Assembly (NCBI GenBank): GCA_964362425.1
Contig: CAYIEL010000001.1
Location: forward strand, 1 to 41,478
Source: an uncultured Candidatus Saccharibacteria bacterium
GTDB taxonomy: Bacteria > Patescibacteriota > Minisyncoccia > Phycocordibacterales > JACOZG01
Length of the DNA: 41,478 nucleotides
Direction of reading: 5' to 3'
Below the pieces are notes generated by a model. That model was not told where the DNA came from. It saw only the letters and a list, made by a program, of their open reading frames with translations, and made no database searches. This document shows positions 32,217 to 39,646 of the stretch, piece by piece; within the stretch, counting starts at the first letter, position 1, and each line of letters begins with the position of its first letter. The position numbers and the translations under genes are program-made.

Positions 32217-33539
32217 ATGCCGAAAAAACCAACTGAAAAAGGCATGGGTAAAGAAGATATTAAATTACAAACGCCTAAGGGCATGCGCGATCTGATTGGT
32301 GAAGAGTACTACCGTTATCAAGGATTCTTCGAGAAAGCTTCCGAAGTGGCAATCTATTACGGTTTCCAACCAATTGAAACGCCAATTCTCGAGAGCGAGG
32401 GACTCTTTTATCACAGTGTCGGCGCTCACACGGATATTATCGAGAAGGAACTCTACACTCTGCGCACCAAGGGTGGTGATCGCTTGGCTCTGCGTCCCGA
32501 GGGCACAGCGCCGATTATGCGCGCCTACTTTGAACACGGATTGCAGAGTCAGCCTCAACCGGTGATGCTCTATTATCATGGACCATTCTTTCGTCACGAT
32601 AGTCCGCAGAAAGGCCGCTACCGCGAACTCCGCCAATTCGGTTTGGAGGTAATCGGGAGTAGTAAGAGCATCACTGATGCTCTGGTGATTCGGCTTGTCA
32701 ACACAATCTTGACCGAAGCCGGACTCCCCGATTTAACCATTGAGATAAACAGTATCGGCGATCGCGACTGCCGACCGATTTGGAAACGCGAATTGGTCAA
32801 TTACTATCGAAAACATGCGAAAGAAATTTGCGCTGATTGCCGTGAGCGCTTGAAAGATAATCCTCTACGTTTGCTCGATTGCAAGAATCCAAAATGCCAA
32901 ACGCTTAAAATCGCCGCGCCGAGCGTAATCAGTTATCTCTGTACTGGTTGCAAACAACATTTTAAAGAAGTACTCGAATGCCTCGAAGCGATGAACATTA
33001 CTTACACGATTAATAATAATCTGGTGCGCGGGCTCGATTATTATTCTCGTACGGTGTTTGAGATAAGTATGGCGCCCGCCGAGGGCGAGGCCGACGGCCT
33101 GCCCCTAGCGTTAGCGGGGGGCGGACGTTACGACTATCTCTCACGCGCGCTAGGAAGCAAAAAGCAGGTGCCGGCGGTCGGTGTCGCCATCGGCGCCGAC
33201 CGCGTGCTCGCGGCGCCGGGCGTCGCTAATCTTCTCCCGCGCCTCATCAAGAAACCAAAAATCTTTTTCATCCAACTGGGGACCGAAGCTAAAATGAAAA
33301 GTCTGTCTATCATCGAGATTCTCCGCCATACTAAAACACCAATCGCTCATTCGTTATCCAAAGATTCTCTCTCGGCCCAGCTCGGTATCGCCGAGAAAGT
33401 AAATATCCCCTACGCCATGATCCTCGGCCAAAAAGAAGTCATCGACAATACTGTGATCATCCGCGACATGCGCTCCCGCGCCCAAGACGTCGTCAAACTC
33501 GACGAATTAGCGAATTATCTTAAGACCCTGAAAGCCTAG
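32217..33539 (+). CDS. hisS: histidine--tRNA ligase
   Basis: Class II motifs: LRPEGTAP, FRHDSPQKGRYRELRQFGLEVIG, LVRGLDYY, GGGRYD. Confidence 0.93.
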   Translation: MPKKPTEKGMGKEDIKLQTPKGMRDLIGEEYYRYQGFFEKASEVAIYYGFQPIETPILESEGLFYHSVGAHTDIIEKELYTLRTKGGDRLALRPEGTAPIMRAYFEHGLQSQPQPVMLYYHGPFFRHDSPQKGRYRELRQFGLEVIGSSKSITDALVIRLVNTILTEAGLPDLTIEINSIGDRDCRPIWKRELVNYYRKHAKEICADCRERLKDNPLRLLDCKNPKCQTLKIAAPSVISYLCTGCKQHFKEVLECLEAMNITYTINNNLVRGLDYYSRTVFEISMAPAEGEADGLPLALAGGGRYDYLSRALGSKKQVPAVGVAIGADRVLAAPGVANLLPRLIKKPKIFFIQLGTEAKMKSLSIIEILRHTKTPIAHSLSKDSLSAQLGIAEKVNIPYAMILGQKEVIDNTVIIRDMRSRAQDVVKLDELANYLKTLKA

Positions 33540-33639
33540 CCCAACGTCCGTTATTGTGTTTGACACCAATCCGACTTGGCGTTAAGGTTGGTTTAGAACG
33601 ATCGGTAATGTGCTGATCGAGTTCTTTCACAAATTGGCC

Positions 33640-33702
33640 CTCTCTGCGGAGAGTTAGCCAAAACCTTTGCTTGCGAGCAAGGGCGGAAGTGACTGCGGTC
33701 AC
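33640..33702 (+). promoter_or_regulatory. array of three stem-loops, each capped by a UGCG tetraloop, in the 5' leader of the 33715 gene
   Basis: ctctc-TGCG-gagag (33640-33653), cctttgct-TGCG-agcaaggg (33664-33683), gtgac-TGCG-gtcac (33689-33702). GAGGAG follows immediately. Confidence 0.6.
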
Positions 33703-33714
33703 GAGGAGATTAAC

Positions 33715-34899
33715 ATGATTGAAACTCTGTCGCGTGTCTTATCCCAAGGAAGAAACTACGAACTACTGACCTTGGTCAAAGATAAACCACTAGAAGAAAG
33801 AGTGCAGTTATTAGCTTCGGTTTTTTCAGAAGCTACAAAACACTTCGATGATGACCGAGCGGTGGACTTGATTCCACTTATTCTGCGGGCGATTGATGAC
33901 GTTCGTCTTAACACTCCACCAATAGACGAGGAGGGGGCGGCTCTTCAGCTTTGCGGGGGAAAAACCTGGCAAGAAGAACAAGTTCGGAGAGACTACACTC
34001 TCGACAGATACGTAAAACAATTCCGTGATCTCTGGTGCACACAATTACCGTGTAATCCGGACACGGCACAATATAATTTGGAGAGCAAAGAAGGTCGTCG
34101 TAAACTCACTTTTGTCAAAACAAGAAAGGTTTTGATCCGAGGATTTCTTGATGCCTGGGCGGTAACTGATTCTGACGATCGAGCGCGCGTTTACTGGAAT
34201 TCTTTGTTTAGCCTATCTTTTGGCCGAGATTATTTCGAGCACGATGATCTGCTGGTTGATGCTTTGCGTGACACAACGGACAAAAACGTTTCGATTTCAC
34301 CTCTTGACCAAGCTATTAACTGCTTGTCCGAAGAACACGCCTTGCGTGCTTTTCCCTTACTTCGCAAAAAGGAAGAGGGCCGAGATAAAGTTTTGCGAGT
34401 GCTTCTGACCGCCCGAGCGCGTAACGTTAAACTCGACCGGGCAAGACAAGAGATCTTGGTTTTGTCTTCTGTCCATGGAGCATCGGCGCCGGCTTACGCG
34501 GCGTTACTGGATGAAGCCAAGAAAATCGCGGCACAAGATGTGGCTGGCCAAGAACTTCTGCGTTTAGTTACCGGACGAACACCGGGTCTAGAGTATAGTC
34601 GTGACGACCAGATCGTCGGTGGCGTTATTTCTCTCGAGTTCCCCGATCGTCTCACGATTGTGATAAAAATCTTGTGGGACGCTAACAACTGGAGTAACCG
34701 GTGTAATCGTCAACCAGAAGACAAAGTTCTTCATCACTGGATGGAGATGGGGCTAGACCGCGCGATAATTTGGCGGAAAGGGTACAACGCTGATCATTCC
34801 CCATCCATGAAAGTCATTGTCCGTTTGTTCACTTGCGAAAAGGTATACGGAGATAAACCTAGGGAAGAGAAGCCCTTCCGCGAGGAAGTAGCAAAGTAA
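33715..34899 (+). CDS. hypothetical protein with no recognisable domain
   Basis: 394 aa from the ATG at 33715, with GAGGAG 7 nt upstream and a strong terminator downstream. No motif I could assign. Confidence 0.55.
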   Translation: MIETLSRVLSQGRNYELLTLVKDKPLEERVQLLASVFSEATKHFDDDRAVDLIPLILRAIDDVRLNTPPIDEEGAALQLCGGKTWQEEQVRRDYTLDRYVKQFRDLWCTQLPCNPDTAQYNLESKEGRRKLTFVKTRKVLIRGFLDAWAVTDSDDRARVYWNSLFSLSFGRDYFEHDDLLVDALRDTTDKNVSISPLDQAINCLSEEHALRAFPLLRKKEEGRDKVLRVLLTARARNVKLDRARQEILVLSSVHGASAPAYAALLDEAKKIAAQDVAGQELLRLVTGRTPGLEYSRDDQIVGGVISLEFPDRLTIVIKILWDANNWSNRCNRQPEDKVLHHWMEMGLDRAIIWRKGYNADHSPSMKVIVRLFTCEKVYGDKPREEKPFREEVAK

Positions 34900-34913
34900 A
34901 CGAAGTTTTTTCA

Positions 34914-34949
34914 GGGTCGGCCATATCGCCGGCCCTTTTTATTTGTTTT
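34914..34949 (+). terminator. intrinsic terminator
   Basis: gggtcggc-catatc-gccggccc followed by tttttatttgtttt. Confidence 0.75.
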
Positions 34950-34963
34950 AATCCCACCGCCGA

Positions 34964-34992
34964 TTGCATTAAATCCTCGCCTGTGTTAGCCT
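34964..34992 (+). promoter_or_regulatory. promoter TTGCAT-17-(TGt)TAGCCT, 7 nt upstream of the rpsU ATG
   Basis: -35 at 34964-34969, -10 at 34987-34992, ATG at 35000. Confidence 0.5.
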
Positions 34993-34999
34993 TTCTCCC

Positions 35000-35251
35000 A
35001 TGATTGTTATTGAGGTCAAAAAAGATAGTCCAAATGAATCGAACCTAAGCGTCATCAAGCGCTTCAGCCGGCGCGTCCAATCGTCGGGTATTATTCGCAA
35101 ACTCAAATCCCATCGCTACGCCGAACGCCCAAAATCGGATTTCAAACGTAAACGCGAAACCTTGAAACGGATTGCCCGCCGAGCCGAGATTGAGCACTTG
35201 CGCAAACTTGGCAAATTGCCCGATGTCACTAGCTATCAGAAATCTCACTAA
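35000..35251 (+). CDS. rpsU: 30S ribosomal protein S21
   Basis: LSVIKRFSRRVQSSGIIRKLKSHRYAERPKSDFKRKRE is typical basic S21. Confidence 0.88.
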   Translation: MIVIEVKKDSPNESNLSVIKRFSRRVQSSGIIRKLKSHRYAERPKSDFKRKRETLKRIARRAEIEHLRKLGKLPDVTSYQKSH

Positions 35252-35675
35252 GTCGGCGCTCCCGCGCCTCCCTTACAAGGCCATTGCCGAGCAAGTGCTC
35301 GGCTTATCTGTCTCCGAGGTAAGTCTCACTTTCATCGGCCCTAGTCGTTCGCATGAGCTAAACCGCATTTATCGCGGGAAGGATAAGCCCGCCAACATTC
35401 TCACTTTCCCACTAGCAAAAAACGAAGGTGAAATTTTGATTGATCTCATCACCACCCGCGCCGAAGCGGCGCGGACCGGCGCGCTCTTCACTGATTATCT
35501 TCGCCACCTCTTTATCCACGGTTTACTTCATTTGAAAGGTTTCGACCACGGGAGTAGAATGGAGTCACTCGAACGCGATATTATCAGTTTTTTTAGTCGT
35601 TATGGGCAGAACCATCGTCACCGGACTCGACGTCGGCACAGCGTCGGTCAGAGTTGCAGTCTGCGAAGTCATTAA
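35223..35675 (+). CDS. ybeY: rRNA maturation endoribonuclease YbeY
   Basis: Zn-binding signature HGLLHLKGFDH. Start placed at the ATG at 35223 (uncertain). The 3' end overlaps ftsA by 74 nt. Confidence 0.8.
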   Translation: MSLAIRNLTKSALPRLPYKAIAEQVLGLSVSEVSLTFIGPSRSHELNRIYRGKDKPANILTFPLAKNEGEILIDLITTRAEAARTGALFTDYLRHLFIHGLLHLKGFDHGSRMESLERDIISFFSRYGQNHRHRTRRRHSVGQSCSLRSH

Positions 35676-36768
35676 GGGCGCCAGACACCCGAAAGTTTTG
35701 GCGTTGGTAAAAACCGAATCCCGCGGCCTACGTCGCGGTTACGTGATCAATCAAGAAGAAGCCAGCCAATCAATCCGCACCGCCTTGGCCGAAGCCGAAC
35801 GCCAATCGCAAACACGAATCAAAAAAGTTTTCTTGGGCCTCGGTGGCGTCACCCTTGAATCGCGCATCAGCGACGGCCAAGTGGTCGTCTCACGCGCTGA
35901 CGCCGAGATCACCGACAACGATATCAATCGAGCGATTGAATTGGCCGAAAGCAGTCTAACTGACATGGCCAATAATCGAGTTATTCATACCATCCCAATT
36001 TCTTTTAAACTTGATGGCAAAAGAATTCCGGGCCGGCCGGAAGGCATGCATGGGACGAAGCTCGAAGCCCGCGTCCTCTTCATTGTCTGTCTCGACCAAC
36101 ATCTTAATAATCTGGTGCGGTCGGTCGAAATGGCGAAGGTCTCCGTCAACGACATTGTTGCCGCGCCGATTGCCGCGGCTTTAACCTCTCTTAATACACA
36201 ACAGAAAACCGTCGGTTGTGTCTTGGCCAACATCGGTTCGCAAACCACTTCACTCGCCGTCTTCGAAGACGGCATTCCTGTCTCGCTCCAAATTCTGCCA
36301 ATCGGTTCAATGGATATCACCAATGACATCGCTCTCGGTCTCCGTGTCCCCCTCGACGAAGCGGAACGTCTGAAAATCAGTGGCGATCAAATGTTTACTT
36401 ACCGGAAAAAACTCGACGAGATTATCGAGGCTCGTTTATCAGATATGTTTGATTTAATTGAAGGGCATTTGAAAAAAATCGGCCGGAGCGGATTACTGCC
36501 GGCCGGCATTATTATTACTGGCGGGGGTGGAAATATCGAAAACATTGCCGGCTTGGCCAAAGATGAACTTCGTCTTCCCGCTCGCGTCTTCACTCCAGTC
36601 GGCGATAATCAAGGCCGACCAGCACTCCGTGACAGCAATTGGATTGTGGCTTACGGACTTTGCCTCTTCGGCTTGGGTGGCGACTACGTTGAGGATTCAA
36701 TTATCTCCAATATCGTCAATCGAACAAAGCACACCTTTTTCCACTGGCTTAAAGAACTCTGGCCGTAA
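35602..36768 (+). CDS. ftsA: cell division protein FtsA
   Basis: Actin-fold phosphate-1 GLDVGTASVRVAV, IIITGGGGNIENI, and a C-terminal amphipathic helix FFHWLKELWP. Confidence 0.9.
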   Translation: MGRTIVTGLDVGTASVRVAVCEVIKGARHPKVLALVKTESRGLRRGYVINQEEASQSIRTALAEAERQSQTRIKKVFLGLGGVTLESRISDGQVVVSRADAEITDNDINRAIELAESSLTDMANNRVIHTIPISFKLDGKRIPGRPEGMHGTKLEARVLFIVCLDQHLNNLVRSVEMAKVSVNDIVAAPIAAALTSLNTQQKTVGCVLANIGSQTTSLAVFEDGIPVSLQILPIGSMDITNDIALGLRVPLDEAERLKISGDQMFTYRKKLDEIIEARLSDMFDLIEGHLKKIGRSGLLPAGIIITGGGGNIENIAGLAKDELRLPARVFTPVGDNQGRPALRDSNWIVAYGLCLFGLGGDYVEDSIISNIVNRTKHTFFHWLKELWP

Positions 36769-36769
36769 A
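36755..36769 (+). repeat. 15-bp direct repeat DR1 (AACTCTGGCCGTAAA), including the ftsA stop codon
   Basis: Identical 15-mer at 37299-37313. Confidence 0.85.
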
Positions 36770-36778
36770 GAATTTTCC

Positions 36779-37171
36779 ATGCAGAAAGATTTTCAACAAT
36801 GGCACATTGCCAAAGAAAAGATTCATTGCCAATCAGACGGTCAGACCATCTATTTTCACGAACGAGATATATGGTGGTGTCGGATCGGCGTTAATGTTGG
36901 TTTTGAACAAGACGGCAAAGGAAAATCATTTAGCCGGCCGGTGCTAATTGTTAAGAAATTCAATCAGTTTGTGTTCTGGGCTATCCCACTTTCCACAAAA
37001 ATCAAAAAGAATCGTTATTATTTAGCTTGTGCCTGTTCAGATGGAGAAACCCGTGCCGCGATAATCTCCCAACTTCGTTTGATTAGTTCAAAACGACTAA
37101 CGGACAAAGTTGGTTTTGCCAAAGAAGACTCTTTTTCGGCTATCAAAAAAGCGATCAAAGATTTACTCTGA
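36779..37171 (+). CDS. PemK/MazF-family-like toxin protein with no adjacent antitoxin ORF
   Basis: 130 aa from the ATG at 36779, with core ERDIWWCRIGVNVGFEQDGKGKSFSRPVLIVKK. Paralog of the 13829..14218 product. Confidence 0.6.
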   Translation: MQKDFQQWHIAKEKIHCQSDGQTIYFHERDIWWCRIGVNVGFEQDGKGKSFSRPVLIVKKFNQFVFWAIPLSTKIKKNRYYLACACSDGETRAAIISQLRLISSKRLTDKVGFAKEDSFSAIKKAIKDLL

Positions 37172-37263
37172 CCGCTTCTCTGATTGATTATTCCTGATCC
37201 GTTTGCGCGGATCAAAGCCCGAAGGCCATTTGTACTTTCTAGTATACTCACCCGCCATTTTTA

Positions 37264-37275
37264 GTCAAGCTTGAC
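37264..37275. repeat. short GTCAAG-CTTGAC palindrome
   Basis: gtcaagcttgac is a minimal form of the GTCAAGG...CCTTGAC family. Confidence 0.4.
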
Positions 37276-37298
37276 ACAACGATTATTCATTATCCAAA

Positions 37299-37313
37299 AA
37301 CTCTGGCCGTAAA
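37299..37313 (+). repeat. 15-bp direct repeat DR2 (AACTCTGGCCGTAAA)
   Basis: Identical to 36755-36769. Together they bracket the PemK-like cassette. Confidence 0.85.
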
Positions 37314-37318
37314 AAGTG

Positions 37319-37705
37319 TCAAACAAACTTTTTAGAAATGGCCAGCAGGTAAACAGCCATCCCCACAACAAGTACTGCATTAATAAGCCCCGTTGCATAA
37401 AATTTGCTATTAATAAAAAAGAACGAAATAACTTGCAAAATAGCTAGAGCCGTGAATGCGTGGAGAGTCCACTTTCTCATTGCCCGAAGGCTGAAAGATA
37501 AAATTATATAGAACAATCCAATAATCACAGGCAGTATCATAAGATAGGAATCCGCAAAAGAAGCCCCTACCACTATTGCTACAAAAAATGCTAAAGGAAC
37601 TACCGCCAGACTGCCAACTCCCATCGCAAAAATAATCCAAGAAATTATCGTGACAAGTACTGGGCGGTTCGGCTTATTGGCAATCTGAGTATCCGAATTA
37701 AGCAT
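37319..37705 (-). CDS. four-helix membrane protein, hypothetical
   Basis: 128 aa from the ATG at 37705, strongly hydrophobic, lying between ftsA and ftsZ. Confidence 0.45.
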   Translation of the reverse strand: MLNSDTQIANKPNRPVLVTIISWIIFAMGVGSLAVVPLAFFVAIVVGASFADSYLMILPVIIGLFYIILSFSLRAMRKWTLHAFTALAILQVISFFFINSKFYATGLINAVLVVGMAVYLLAISKKFV

Positions 37706-37744
37706 GAATTTTAATATAGCACAGTTGAACAAAAAACATTTGGG

Positions 37745-37753
37745 TTATCCACA
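37745..37753 (+). promoter_or_regulatory. DnaA box, perfect consensus TTATCCACA, 68 nt upstream of ftsZ
   Basis: Exact 9-mer match. Confidence 0.35.
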
Positions 37754-37820
37754 GTCACTTAAATCCCGACCGGTGATTTGCCTTTTTTGTCCGTTCTGAT
37801 ACGCTTAAGCCACAAAACCT

Positions 37821-38978
37821 ATGCCTAAAATCAATCCAGAAATTGAAGCTTTTGCCAGAATTAAAGTCGTCGGTGTCGGCGGTTCCGGCAAGAACGCCGT
37901 TAATCACATGATTAATTCCAAGGTTCGAGGGGTTGATTTCATCGCGATTAACACTGACGCCCAGGACCTTCATCATTCGCTAGCCAAACACAAAATTCAC
38001 ATTGGCAAAAATTTAACGCGCGGACTCGGCACCGGCATGAACCCCGAGGTCGGTCGCAAAGCGGCCGAAGAGAGCGTGGAAGAAGTTCAGAACGCTATCA
38101 AGGGCGCCGATATGGTCTTCATCGCTGGCGGAACCGGCGGCGGAACGCTAAGTGGCGCTGGACCTTTTGTCGCCAAAGTAGCAAAAGATTTGGGTGCGCT
38201 CACGGTGGCTGTGGTCACAAAACCTTTCTTCTTTGAGGGTTCACAACGAATGCAAATTGCTGAACGGGCGATCGAGGAATTGCGAAAAGAAGTTGACGCG
38301 CTTGTTGTCATTCCGAATGATCGTTTGCTCGGCTTGATTGATAAAAATACAACTTGCTTCTCGGCTTTTGCCACTTGCGACGAAGTGCTTCGCCAAGCCG
38401 TCGAGGGTATTTCCGATTTGATTACTACGCCCGGTATCATTAACGTCGACTTCGCCGACATCAAATCAATTATGTCGAACGCCGGTTCGGCACTAATGGG
38501 GATCGGCCGCGGTTCGGGCGACAATCGCGCCGCCATGGCCGCCCAACAAGCGATCAATTCTCCCCTCCTCGATGTCTCGATTGAGGGGGCACACGGCGTC
38601 CTCTTTGCCATTGCCGGCGGAAAAGATATGACCATGTTTGAAATTCAAGAGGCCGCTAAAGCCATTATTGAATCCGTTGACCCGAATGCCAAAATTATTT
38701 TCGGCGCCATTCATGATGACAAGTTAAATAAAAATGAAATTAAAATCACCGTCATCGCTTCTGGTTTTCCAGAAAATGCCAAGAAGAAACCGATGACCCG
38801 ACTGGGCGAAGAAACCACACCGGTCGAACAAACTAAAGAAAAAGAAGTCTCTGTCGAACCAGATATCCGTTATCCAAAACGCGCCGAAGTGCCGAAAACC
38901 GCAACAACCAAGATTGAAGAAGAAACCGACGACTGGGCTTCCATCCCTGCTTTTCTACGACGTTCCAAGAAGCCGTAA
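37821..38978 (+). CDS. ftsZ: cell division protein FtsZ
   Basis: IKVVGVGGSGKNAVNHM, the tubulin signature GGTGGGTLSGAGP, NDRLL, and the C-terminal peptide DDWASIPAFLRR. Confidence 0.95.
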   Translation: MPKINPEIEAFARIKVVGVGGSGKNAVNHMINSKVRGVDFIAINTDAQDLHHSLAKHKIHIGKNLTRGLGTGMNPEVGRKAAEESVEEVQNAIKGADMVFIAGGTGGGTLSGAGPFVAKVAKDLGALTVAVVTKPFFFEGSQRMQIAERAIEELRKEVDALVVIPNDRLLGLIDKNTTCFSAFATCDEVLRQAVEGISDLITTPGIINVDFADIKSIMSNAGSALMGIGRGSGDNRAAMAAQQAINSPLLDVSIEGAHGVLFAIAGGKDMTMFEIQEAAKAIIESVDPNAKIIFGAIHDDKLNKNEIKITVIASGFPENAKKKPMTRLGEETTPVEQTKEKEVSVEPDIRYPKRAEVPKTATTKIEEETDDWASIPAFLRRSKKP

Positions 38979-39037
38979 ATTAAATTGGTTATTGTTGTGA
39001 TGTGGAAAAGTTTATCAAGTCAAAAAAATAAATTATT

Positions 39038-39634
39038 ATGAAAAATAAACAAGGTTTTTCAAGTCTCGTTTTTATTATCATTATCGTTCTCATTTTAGGC
39101 GGCGGCTACTGGGTGTGGAAAGGGAAAACCGAAGCACCGGCACCAGTCGCTGATACCAACATCGAGCCACCACCTCCAGTTAATTTTTTTACAACTAAGA
39201 TTGACACCGTTAACTTACCCGCTGATCAGTTTGGTTGGAAAACTTACACAAATGAGCAATACGGATTTGAACTTAAATATCCAGGTACTTTATCTATAGA
39301 GTATACTAAGTTTCAAGACACCTCCACATTTATTTTTGATGATCCATATTCGAATCAATCTCCTGACGGTTTATTAGGAATTACCATATTCAATACAGCG
39401 GAAGCGTTTGCTGTTCAGAACACTAATTCGACCAATGCTGGAGAAGATGTTACTGTCGGTGGAGAAAAAGCTAAAAAAAAGTTTTGGACAATTTCTCTTG
39501 GCCAGGCACCGAGTGAAATCTCTTATTCAATTCCAAGCAAGAAAATCGTTTTAAGATTTGATAGGGGTTCTTACAATGCAATTATTGATTCTGATATGGA
39601 TAAGATCCTCTCCACCTTCCGGTTCACAAAATAA
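39038..39634 (+). CDS. secreted or membrane-anchored hypothetical protein
   Basis: 198 aa with an N-terminal TM/signal segment SSLVFIIIIVLILGGGYWVW. Confidence 0.45.
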   Translation: MKNKQGFSSLVFIIIIVLILGGGYWVWKGKTEAPAPVADTNIEPPPPVNFFTTKIDTVNLPADQFGWKTYTNEQYGFELKYPGTLSIEYTKFQDTSTFIFDDPYSNQSPDGLLGITIFNTAEAFAVQNTNSTNAGEDVTVGGEKAKKKFWTISLGQAPSEISYSIPSKKIVLRFDRGSYNAIIDSDMDKILSTFRFTK

Positions 39635-39646
39635 AACAACCTAAAA

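Noticed and set aside
32800-32960. Cys-rich segment in HisS (CADC...C.NPKC...CTGC) as a possible novel zinc-ribbon insertion
   Set aside because: To my knowledge, similar CxxC pairs around the NPLR.LDCK motif occur in HisS of several bacterial lineages, so it is probably a normal subfamily feature.
36527-36778. 5' extension of the PemK-like track ORF
   Set aside because: It overlaps the ftsA 3' region in another frame. The homology with the paralog at 13829..14218 begins at the ATG at 36779.
3943-38635. Long antisense ORFs inside parB (3943..4395), clpB (7518..7982 and others), the HtrA-like gene (10003..10776), sod and upstream (11143..11595), infB (16791..17330), the 21081 gene (21461..22039) and ftsZ (38087..38635)
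   Set aside because: Each lies opposite a confidently identified gene, has low-complexity or Arg/Pro/Ser-rich composition, and lacks independent start or termination signals. They are typical shadow ORFs.
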